A stretch of 64,000 nt of DNA, from contig JACQID010000006.1 of the NCBI GenBank assembly GCA_016198685.1, forward strand, positions 192,001-256,000, written 5' to 3'. Positions within the stretch are counted from its first letter, which is position 1. Each line of letters begins with the position of its first letter. A program made the translations under genes and the position numbers. Below the pieces are notes generated by a model, which did no database searches, was not told the origin of the DNA, and worked only from the letters and a program-made list of their open reading frames with translations. Below, piece after piece: positions 56,531-64,000 of the stretch. Source of the DNA: Candidatus Aenigmatarchaeota archaeon (GTDB lineage: Archaea > Aenigmatarchaeota > Aenigmatarchaeia > GW2011-AR5).

Positions 56531-56692
56531 TTACTCGATATTTGCCCATTTGAAGTCTCTCGGGTCGCGTCTGAGTTTGAACATATTCTTTTCGCATTTG
56601 TTGGAGTCGAAGGTGAAGATTTTCCCGTTTTTGTCAACGAAGACCAAACCTGTTCCTTCTTCTATTTCTTTGGAGCAAAAAGAGCATTTCAT
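56531..56692 (-). CDS. rpl24e: 50S ribosomal protein L24e, not in ORF track
   Basis: MKCSFCSKEIEEGTGLVFVDKNGKIFTFDSNKCEKNMFKLRRDPRDFKW. Confidence 0.95.
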   Translation of the reverse strand: MKCSFCSKEIEEGTGLVFVDKNGKIFTFDSNKCEKNMFKLRRDPRDFKWANIE

Positions 56693-56695
56693 TTT

Positions 56696-56911
56696 TTATC
56701 GCCTTCCATAAGATTCGGAGGATTCCATTTCCGTTTCCTTGAGCATCAGTATGTCGCCAATTGCTACCGGACCCATCACGTTTCTTGTGAGAACCTTGCC
56801 CTTGTCACGGCCGTCTGTTAGTATGCACTTGACTACGGCGACTCCCTTGGCTCCGGATCTCTTTATTATGTTGATGACTTCGGCAGGTGTGGCGTCTGAC
56901 ATATTGATCAC
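56696..56911 (-). CDS. rps28e: 30S ribosomal protein S28e
   Basis: PAEVI, VKC.IL.G.DKG, RNVMGPV..GDILML.ETE. Confidence 0.96.
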   Translation of the reverse strand: MINMSDATPAEVINIIKRSGAKGVAVVKCILTDGRDKGKVLTRNVMGPVAIGDILMLKETEMESSESYGRR

Positions 56912-57222
56912 TTGACTATTGAATTAAGTTTTGCTTTTGCTTCGCCTGCGTCCAGCACTGCAACAGAAACTGTCGGGACCTGCAATCCGGCAGCTCTTCC
57001 GAGTTCGGATTTTGTAGGTACCTTCACGAGAGTTATCTTCTTCTCGTCGCACAGAGGCTGAAGGTGCATGACAATTTCAGGAGGAGTGACATCTTCGGCA
57101 ACGACGACAAGCTTGGCCAAGCCTCTTTCCACGGCTTTGGTTGTTTCGTTTACGCCTTTCCTTATCTTGCCCGTCTCGCGGGAAGCTTCTATTATTTCAA
57201 AAATTTCTTCCGGTTTGGTCAT
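56908..57222 (-). CDS. rpl7ae: 50S ribosomal protein L7Ae
   Basis: GKIRKGVNETTKAVERG.AKLVVVAEDV.P.EIV.HL, ELGRAAG. Confidence 0.97.
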   Translation of the reverse strand: MTKPEEIFEIIEASRETGKIRKGVNETTKAVERGLAKLVVVAEDVTPPEIVMHLQPLCDEKKITLVKVPTKSELGRAAGLQVPTVSVAVLDAGEAKAKLNSIVK

Positions 57223-57502
57223 TGGTATACACCTCGCTTTTTATCGCAGGAGTCCTTTTATTCTTGTTGACTCATACTGCAAATACTTCGGCCTTAGCCG
57301 AAATATTTACTGTCTTTATTAAGAGGGAAAATGTTTTAAAGGGTTTGTGGCCGGGGATTATGAGAAATAGCGCAGAGAATCCGATTTATATGACCAGATG
57401 TTTCTCATTATTATTTCATGGCGAAAAGAGCTGGAATTCCCTTTATAAAATATTTTGTTGATAGGGTTGAAGATATTTATAGGTTTGCTCCAATTAAATC
57501 CC

Positions 57503-57667
57503 ATGCAAACCAGCAGGTTCCTGAAAGTCAAGTGCGGAAAGTGCAAGAACGAACAGATTACCTACAGCAAGGCTTCCACAATAGTCACGTGCCTTGTCTG
57601 CGGTGAACAGCTTGTTCAGCCTGCAGGCGGCGTCGCCCGGATTCTGGCTCAGGCCGAGGAGCTCTGA
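57503..57667 (+). CDS. rps27e: 30S ribosomal protein S27e
   Basis: SRFLKVKC.KC.NEQ, C.VCG..L..P.GG.A. Confidence 0.96.
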   Translation: MQTSRFLKVKCGKCKNEQITYSKASTIVTCLVCGEQLVQPAGGVARILAQAEEL

Positions 57668-57671
57668 AATA

Positions 57672-58433
57672 ATGGCGAAGAAAAGGGGCTTCCCGATGCA
57701 GGGGGAGCTTGTTATCTGCGCTGTTAAAAAACTGAACCCTAATTCTGCGGATGTTTTTCTCGAAGAATACGGAATGGACGGAATGGTTCACATTTCCGAG
57801 ATAGTCACGGGATGGGTCAGGAATATAAAGGACCACATAAAGGTCGGGCAGACTGGAGTTGCAAAAGTCATACGTGTTAACGAAGATGAGGGCTATATTG
57901 CCCTTTCGTTAAAGCGGGTCGACAGCAGGCAGGAAAAGGAAAAGCTCAAGGAATATAATCTTGACAAGAAAGCCGAAAAGATGCTTGAGATGGCTGCCGA
58001 GAAAAGAAAGAAGACGCTCGATCAGGCGTACAAGGAAGTCGGATTCACGCTTCAAGAAAGTTTTGGCTCTCTATTCAAGGCCTTCAAGAAATCCGTATCG
58101 GGGCCCGAAGGCCTTATATCACGTGGAATAGCAGCCGAATGGGCAGAAGCAATAAGCGATGTTGCAGTCAAGAATATCGAGCAGAAGGAGTTTGAATTCA
58201 GGGCGGATTTGACCCTGAGAAGCTATGATGAAAACGGCCTGGATTCTATAAAAGAATTATTGGGTAATGCAGAGAAGGCGGGACTTGAAGTCCTTTACAT
58301 ATCCGCTCCGCGTTACATGCTTAAATTCAGGACAAAGGATGCAAAGAAAGGAGAGCGGGAGTTCCAGGAAATACTCGAAAAGCTTGAATCCAAGTCAAAG
58401 AAAGTAGAAACTTCTGCAAAAATAATCGAGTGA
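57672..58433 (+). CDS. eif2a: translation initiation factor aIF2 alpha
   Basis: P..GELV, GMVHISE, IALSLKRV, ISAPRY. Confidence 0.96.
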   Translation: MAKKRGFPMQGELVICAVKKLNPNSADVFLEEYGMDGMVHISEIVTGWVRNIKDHIKVGQTGVAKVIRVNEDEGYIALSLKRVDSRQEKEKLKEYNLDKKAEKMLEMAAEKRKKTLDQAYKEVGFTLQESFGSLFKAFKKSVSGPEGLISRGIAAEWAEAISDVAVKNIEQKEFEFRADLTLRSYDENGLDSIKELLGNAEKAGLEVLYISAPRYMLKFRTKDAKKGEREFQEILEKLESKSKKVETSAKIIE

Positions 58434-58603
58434 ACAAAATGTTCAAATGCTCCGCATGCGGCAAGTATATCTTGATACAATGCACATGCGGCGGCAAAGC
58501 AGTGCCTGCAGAACCGCCGAAATTCTCGGCTGCAGACAAGTATGGCAAGTATAGAAGAATGGCCAAAAGTTTTAATTATGCCAAGAACCAATAATTATGA
58601 GTG
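58430..58603 (+). CDS. nop10: H/ACA sRNP protein Nop10, not in ORF track
   Basis: KCSACGKY....CTCGG....PPKFS..DKYGKYRR; GTG start overlapping the eif2a stop. Confidence 0.92.
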
Positions 58604-58608
58604 ATTGA

Positions 58609-59376
58609 ATGAACTCTTACATAAAAATTATTGAAAAGCCGAAGCTCAAGAAACCTATCATGGTTGTCGGACTTCCTGGCGTTGGCAATGTGGGAAGGGT
58701 TGCCGCAGGGTATATGGTTACAGAACTCAAGATGAAAAAGATGGCAGAGCTTTATTCGCCGCATTTCCTGCATCTTGTCGTCGTTGAAGAAGGCGACACG
58801 CTGAGGATGCTGAGGTGCGAGTTCTATTATATGAAAGGAAAGAAGAACGATCTCATTGTGCTGACTGGCGATACGCAAAGCGTTACAACAGAAGGACATT
58901 ACGAATTCTGCGAGAGCGTCTTGGAGTACGCGAAGAAACTGGGAGTAAAAGAAATAATAACTATCGGCGGTTTCTCCGATGGAAAGGCGCCTCAAGAGCC
59001 CCGCATTATAGGCGCTGCAGACAGCAAGACGACAAAAAAGAAATATGACAAGTATAAAGTAGACTTTGGCAAGGATCATCCTATCGGGACAATAGTCGGT
59101 GCATCCGGCATGCTCGTAGGCATGGCAGAAAGGTACGGAATGTCAGGGCTCGTTCTGATGGGGGAAACAATGGGAATGCCCTTTGTCATGGATCCGAAAG
59201 CTGCGGACAGGACTTTACATTCACTCATACGTATTCTTGGAATAAACCTTGACCTCGGAAAGCTCGAGAGCACGGTCAAGGAGCTTGAAGATAGGCTTAA
59301 AAAGACAGAGGAAATACATAAGAATCTGCTCAAGGACGTAACCAAATCCAAGGATGATGTCCGTTATATAGGATGA
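58609..59376 (+). CDS. PAC2 family proteasome assembly chaperone
   Basis: GLPGVGNVG, DLIVLTGDTQ, ITIGG, IVGASG.L, DPKAA. Confidence 0.93.
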   Translation: MNSYIKIIEKPKLKKPIMVVGLPGVGNVGRVAAGYMVTELKMKKMAELYSPHFLHLVVVEEGDTLRMLRCEFYYMKGKKNDLIVLTGDTQSVTTEGHYEFCESVLEYAKKLGVKEIITIGGFSDGKAPQEPRIIGAADSKTTKKKYDKYKVDFGKDHPIGTIVGASGMLVGMAERYGMSGLVLMGETMGMPFVMDPKAADRTLHSLIRILGINLDLGKLESTVKELEDRLKKTEEIHKNLLKDVTKSKDDVRYIG

Positions 59377-59591
59377 GCCTCGAAAAAGGTGACAATATGT
59401 TTGAATATCCAGGTTTTACAAGGTTTGAAAGTACAAGGATAATTTCTGCAAGGACGCTCCAGCTTTCAATGGGCGCCCCGCCGCTTATTAAAACCGGCTC
59501 TTTCGTGCCGCAGGAAATAGCCCGCAAAGAATTTGACATGAACATACTTCCCATAACAGTCAAGAGGATATTGCCCAAGAGGGCGGAATAA
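59373..59591 (+). CDS. rpoK: RNA polymerase subunit K (Rpo6)
   Basis: TRFE..RIISAR.LQLSMGAP, A.KE....LPITVKR. Confidence 0.95.
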   Translation: MSLEKGDNMFEYPGFTRFESTRIISARTLQLSMGAPPLIKTGSFVPQEIARKEFDMNILPITVKRILPKRAE

Positions 59592-59615
59592 ATTCAATAA
59601 GTTTTAAAAGGTTTT

Positions 59616-60296
59616 TTGATGCAAATTGATGCTGATAGTATGCCCAAATCGAAAGAAAAGCTTATTGTGCCAAGAGAGGTCTATCTTTCTGCAGGAGTGC
59701 ACATAGGCATGACAACAAAGACTGCGGACATGAAGAAATTCATATATAAGGTCCGACCTTCCGGGCTTGCAGTTCTCAACGTAGGGATGCTTGACAAGAG
59801 AATAGGCATAATAACAAACATGCTCGCAAAGAAAAGCAAGATACTGCTTGTTTCAAGAAAAGAAAGCAGCTCTCAGGCCGTAAACAAATTCGCAGAAGCA
59901 GTCGGCGCAAGGGCGATAACAGGGCGATTCATGCCAGGCACGCTGACGAATCCGCAATCAAAAGACTTCTATGAGCCTGATATTCTCATAATCACCGATC
60001 CGCTTGAAGACAAGCAGGCCATGACAGAAGCTCTCCAGATGCGCATACCTATCGTGGGGCTCGCAGACACGTTCAATGAAACGTCTTATATTGACTTTGT
60101 GCTTCCATGCAACAACAAGGGCAAGAAATCCCTTGCGTTGGTGTTCTGGCTGCTTTCTAGATTGATAAAGGAAAAACGCGGCGAAGCTTTTGATATGAAG
60201 ATGGAAGACTTCGGCTATGAAATGGATGCCCAAAGACCTTCAGGAAAAGAAGAAGGCGCCGAAGCCGAACAGGAAGAAGCGGAAAAGGAAGCATAA
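59616..60296 (+). CDS. rps2: 30S ribosomal protein S2
   Basis: YLSAGVHIG, GRFMPGTLTNP, DP..D.QA..EA, P.NNKG.KSLA. Confidence 0.97.
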   Translation: MMQIDADSMPKSKEKLIVPREVYLSAGVHIGMTTKTADMKKFIYKVRPSGLAVLNVGMLDKRIGIITNMLAKKSKILLVSRKESSSQAVNKFAEAVGARAITGRFMPGTLTNPQSKDFYEPDILIITDPLEDKQAMTEALQMRIPIVGLADTFNETSYIDFVLPCNNKGKKSLALVFWLLSRLIKEKRGEAFDMKMEDFGYEMDAQRPSGKEEGAEAEQEEAEKEA

Positions 60297-60353
60297 TTAT
60301 TTCTCAGCCCTAACAAACCGAAATGCTTTTTAATGCGGTAATCAGTTAATTGT

Positions 60354-60866
60354 ATGCCTGAAGTGCTTGACAAGGATTCGCTCAGGGCGCTGAGCGCCGG
60401 GACAAGGCAGGAGATCGTCAAGCTCCTTAAGGGAAGACCCTATACGGCTTCTGAACTTTCTAAAATAACAGGAAAACATGTAACAACGATATCAGAGCAT
60501 CTCGATACGCTCTGCAAATCCGGCATCATAGAGAAGAATGACACAGGCAACAAGTGGTTATATTATAAACTAAGCGGCAAGGGCGAGAAGCTCTTCAAGC
60601 CGCAATATTATTCATGGATTCTTGTACTAGCCATATCGGTTTTCGGCATATTCTTCGGGCTAAGCGGAATGTTCGGCATGCAAGAATATGTGCTAGAAGA
60701 CATGACATCTAAGTCTGCTACGATAATGGAAGGCGTAAGAGAAGTTCCTGCATCAAGTCCTGGAGCGAATTATATGCCAATAGCATTGACAGTTTTATCG
60801 CTTGCTGCAGGCGGCTATGCGGCATTCCGCATAATGCGCTCTAGAAATACGGCAGGAATAATCTAG
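60354..60866 (+). CDS. ArsR-like wHTH protein with two C-terminal TM helices
   Basis: LRALSAGTRQEIVKLL...ASELS..TGK..TTISEHL..L..SGII; TM segments at ~87-105 and ~142-160. Confidence 0.82.
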   Translation: MPEVLDKDSLRALSAGTRQEIVKLLKGRPYTASELSKITGKHVTTISEHLDTLCKSGIIEKNDTGNKWLYYKLSGKGEKLFKPQYYSWILVLAISVFGIFFGLSGMFGMQEYVLEDMTSKSATIMEGVREVPASSPGANYMPIALTVLSLAAGGYAAFRIMRSRNTAGII

Positions 60867-61813
60867 CCGCGTATTATCAGGAATGCTATATAACATAAGT
60901 ACAGCACAACGAACATCGCTCCCTGACTTTTTTCAAGCGTGTGCCTCTTGCCTATGAACATGAATACGAATAGCAGCGTTGTTACCAATAGAAGAATAAG
61001 AATATCTACAGATGCATGGAGTGACATTGTTATGGGATTGAGCAAAGCGGAAATTCCGAGTATGAAAAATATATTGAAAATATTGGAACCTATTATGTTT
61101 CCTATCGCCATGTCATCTTCTCCTTTTCTTGCAGCATTTATTGAAGTGAAGAGTTCTGGCAATGATGTGCCTACTGCAATTATTGTTGCAGATATTAGAT
61201 ATTCGCTAACGCCCATATTGGATGCCAACATGACAGCGCCTTCGACAACCCATCTGCCGCCAAAATAAAGCGCAACAAGACCTAATGCTATTGCAATTAT
61301 TGAATGGAGCATAGGTCCAGTTTTTCCCGTGTCGGCTTTCAAGCCTGTACTCAATGCCATCGTTGCGACATAATAGAGAAATATTCCAAAGAAGAGAAGC
61401 AAAATGATTCCATCCGATTTTGTAATAACTGCTGATGTGTCATCAAGAAATGTTCGGGAAGAATATGTAAAGAGGGCAATAGCAGCAAGCAAAGAAAGCG
61501 GTATTTCATTCCATACTGTGGACCTGTGAACTTTCAGAGCTCGGGAAAGGGCCGAGATACCTAAAATAAGAAGGATATTCGCTATATTGCTGCCAGCCAC
61601 ATTTCCTATTGCTATGTCAGAGCTGCCTTGCATGGAAGCTATCACATTGACTATGAGCTCAGGCAGTGATGTTCCGAAGGCAACTATCGTAAGCCCGACA
61701 ACAAGAGTCGGAACACCAAGCTTTTTTGCTAGCGAAGATGCGCCGTCAACAAGCCAATCGGCCCCTTTGGAAAGAAGTACAATGCCTGCCGCAAGGAGCG
61801 CGTACTCTAACAT
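60863..61813 (-). CDS. Ca2+/Na+ antiporter (CaCA, YrbG-like)
   Basis: Two alpha repeats GTSLPE...GNxxGSNI.N. Confidence 0.95.
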   Translation of the reverse strand: MLEYALLAAGIVLLSKGADWLVDGASSLAKKLGVPTLVVGLTIVAFGTSLPELIVNVIASMQGSSDIAIGNVAGSNIANILLILGISALSRALKVHRSTVWNEIPLSLLAAIALFTYSSRTFLDDTSAVITKSDGIILLLFFGIFLYYVATMALSTGLKADTGKTGPMLHSIIAIALGLVALYFGGRWVVEGAVMLASNMGVSEYLISATIIAVGTSLPELFTSINAARKGEDDMAIGNIIGSNIFNIFFILGISALLNPITMSLHASVDILILLLVTTLLFVFMFIGKRHTLEKSQGAMFVVLYLCYIAFLIIRG

Positions 61814-61953
61814 GCATCAATTAACAACGAGAAAACATTATAAAGTGTATTCTTATAGTAAATCGCAATGATAATGGAACTTTTAGCTGCAATTTACTAT
61901 ATGTAAATGACATTATGAAATGTTCCAAAATAAATGTTATTTACTATTAGAAA

Positions 61954-62505
61954 TCAAACGGCGCCGGCGCCGGATTTTTCTTCAACGAGAATCCTGCATG
62001 TGGTAGGAAGTTTGTATTTCGCCTGCATCATCGCCTTCTTGACGAGGGGAATCATGGATTTAGGAGACTGGATTTCTATCATCTTCTGATTTGCGTGGAT
62101 GCGTGCGGCAACGCCGACGGGCTTGCCGAATGATGCACGCATGCCCTGCTGGAATCGGTCTGCACCTGCTCCGGTTGCCAAAGCGTTTTCTCTTATCACG
62201 TGATGGGGAAATACCCTGATCTTCATGAAGAAGGTTGCGCCCTTGGCCATGCGCTTCTCAAGATAAGAAACAGCCGCGACTCTGGCGGATTCAAGCGAAT
62301 TATGCCTTATCTGGACATCGTTCTTGGAAACAAGATAGATACTGCTGTCATAATCGCCCTTTGTGCCGTGCTCAAACTCAACAAGCTTGGACTTCGGCAC
62401 TCCCTTTACATAGCCCTTCGCAGGCACTCGAATACTCTGTCTTGTGTAAGGGCGTTCTAGTCTTCTGTAGCATCTTCCCGGTCTTAGTGTTGCCATAAAT
62501 ATCAA
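61954..62505 (-). CDS. rpl10e: 50S ribosomal protein L16/L10e
   Basis: LESAR, R.FPHHV.REN, GAGADR.QQGMR..FGKP.G.AAR. Confidence 0.97.
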   Translation of the reverse strand: MIFMATLRPGRCYRRLERPYTRQSIRVPAKGYVKGVPKSKLVEFEHGTKGDYDSSIYLVSKNDVQIRHNSLESARVAAVSYLEKRMAKGATFFMKIRVFPHHVIRENALATGAGADRFQQGMRASFGKPVGVAARIHANQKMIEIQSPKSMIPLVKKAMMQAKYKLPTTCRILVEEKSGAGAV

Positions 62506-62699
62506 CTATTCCTTAATCGAACAAGTTTCTTAAAGGTTTCACATCTCTTCCAAAGCGGCAAAGTTCTATGAAATACTGGATGCTGCCGCCGGTAAATGCG
62601 TTGAAAGCAAGGCCTGCAAAAAACCCGTCCTTCAATCCCCTAATTTTGTCGCTGGTCATTTTCTTAATTCCGGCATGATCTAGTTCAAATAAAACAGAG

Positions 62700-62825
62700 C
62701 GCCGAGAGCAGGATTTGAACCTGCGCGAGCACAAGGCTCACACGCTATCGGAGGCTTCATATTTTCCATACCGGAAAAATGACCATTCCAGGCGTGCGCG
62801 TTGGACCAAGCTCCGCCATCTCGGC
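62700..62825 (-). tRNA. tRNA-Ser(GGA) with 39-nt intron (62747-62785)
   Basis: GCCGAGA/TCTCGGC-G acceptor (G73); CACGC-CTGGAA[intron]A-GCGTG; long variable arm. Confidence 0.93.
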
Positions 62826-62853
62826 ATTTCTATTATTCTACCTTAGTTAACGG

Positions 62854-63696
62854 TTAAAAAACCTCACTGCACATCTTCTCAAGCTCATTATCGCTCAGCA
62901 TGGAATAGAAACAATGCCCTTTTGCATTCCTGAGGTTTCTAACTTCTTCCTCGCCTGCAACGATGAGATATTCTCGTTTTGGATGCGGATCCTTTCCGTT
63001 TCGTATCCATGAAACATCATTGTGCTTTTTCAGTGCTTGCCGGTATTCTTCGGTTTCTTGAAACTGCGATTGCACGTAGGAACCATCCGTGAATGCCTGA
63101 AGCATGGATTCAATCAGGATATCTTTAGCGTCTTCGGCTGTCCTGCCCATTAAACTGCAAATATCCGGCATTGAAGATAGCAGTTCCGCTTCGCCTGGTC
63201 TGAGATCTATTGCATCCTCAATGTGTTGCGCAGAATAAGGCATAAGAGCTACAGCGCCATGAGCGAAGGCATTGCCCTTTGTTAAGCATCTTGCATAACT
63301 GCCTACGATTTTTCCGTGCACCTTTAGAGTGCATGTTTTGCTGTCACCGTGCGCATAGTACAATCCGGCAGCTCTCATGGAACGCGTAAGACGTTCGCAG
63401 ATGTAAGCATTCATGTCTGCGAGTGACCCGAACCGATACGGCAAAGACAGTGCCCAATGAAAGCTGTCTCGCATTTCCAACGTTGCAGTTCCTCCTGTCA
63501 TTCTTCGGGCTACTGGGTAATCGCCCTTTATTATCGAAGGATGCTGATTTTTCCCAAGGATTATTACAGGATCAGAATAAGCGTAAAATCGCAAGGAGGG
63601 AAAATTGGTCATTGTCTCGTCTATAGCAAGTTGTTGTGCAGGCAGAAGAGAATCATTATAGCCCAAGAATGCGAAGCTCACGTTAAGGAAATGCAA
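62854..63696 (-). CDS. lplA: lipoate-protein ligase A family
   Basis: AIDE, LRFY, LGKNQ, RRMTGGTA, GKIVG.Y.R, HGAV. Confidence 0.88.
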   Translation of the reverse strand: MHFLNVSFAFLGYNDSLLPAQQLAIDETMTNFPSLRFYAYSDPVIILGKNQHPSIIKGDYPVARRMTGGTATLEMRDSFHWALSLPYRFGSLADMNAYICERLTRSMRAAGLYYAHGDSKTCTLKVHGKIVGSYARCLTKGNAFAHGAVALMPYSAQHIEDAIDLRPGEAELLSSMPDICSLMGRTAEDAKDILIESMLQAFTDGSYVQSQFQETEEYRQALKKHNDVSWIRNGKDPHPKREYLIVAGEEEVRNLRNAKGHCFYSMLSDNELEKMCSEVF

Positions 63697-63711
63697 TGAA
63701 AATATTAAAGA

Positions 63712-63879
63712 TCATAGCTTCTCCGCTTCATCTATTATCATATTGGGAATGTCCCCGGCGAGCACCGAAAAGCGGAGTTTGCACGCGTTGCAGGTGAGCT
63801 TGTTTGTAGAACTGTCATATTCGAGGTCGCCCTTGCATTTGGGGCATGCCATTATCTGGAGAAGCTCTTCAGGAAGCAT
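63712..63879 (-). CDS. Trm112-like protein, not in ORF track
   Basis: MLPEELLQIMACPKCKGDLEYD....LTCNACKLRFSV..DIPNMI.DEA. Confidence 0.92.
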   Translation of the reverse strand: MLPEELLQIMACPKCKGDLEYDSSTNKLTCNACKLRFSVLAGDIPNMIIDEAEKL

Positions 63880-63909
63880 ATGGTTACTTGGCGCGAAACG
63901 ACTTAAATC

Positions 63910-64000
63910 TTAGGATATGGTTGCTTCATGATTACCCTATCGATTTTCGCCGCAATTCCTTTTCGCGTATCGGTTCCATCTATCTGTGAGTATCCCAGCG
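63910..64000 (-). CDS. C-terminal fragment of an ORF running off the window
   Basis: Open frame ...LGYSQIDGTDTRKGIAAKIDRGNHEATIS*. Confidence 0.35.

Overview
Archaeal chromosome segment with a DPANN-like, reduced gene content (Aenigmarchaeota/Woesearchaeota-like is my inference and was not tested). It holds the 3' ~1.2 kb of a 16S rRNA gene, tRNA-Ala, a complete 23S rRNA gene, RNase P RNA, tRNA-Leu and tRNA-Ser, and many archaeal housekeeping genes. These include TFB, histone, DNA ligase, ABCE1, DHS, ArgRS, RFC-L, aIF2 alpha/beta, RpoD/N/K, about 15 r-proteins, Pop5/Rpp30, Nop10 and GlmU/GlmS. All five rRNA/tRNA genes carry introns. I resolved four bulge-helix-bulge (BHB) introns in the rRNAs (55, 186, 44 and 267 nt; none encodes a homing endonuclease) and one intron in each tRNA. 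Two protein genes sit antisense between 16S and tRNA-Ala/23S. The most notable items are: (1) a full-length bacterial-type ECF sigma-70 factor, tail-to-tail with TFB and preceded by an archaeal TATA-like box; (2) a divergently regulated operon of an ACT-domain regulator, a class-I-aaRS-like (HUP/SCO2522-like) enzyme, a non-canonical threonine-synthase-like PLP enzyme and ArgRS, a candidate tRNA-dependent biosynthetic system; (3) an uncharacterised 8-gene cluster with an MNT-HEPN fusion and an insert-bearing metal TIM barrel; (4) a 267-nt 23S BHB intron with a possible degenerate group-I-like core. All calls come from reading the sequence by eye; no database searches or folding programs were run.
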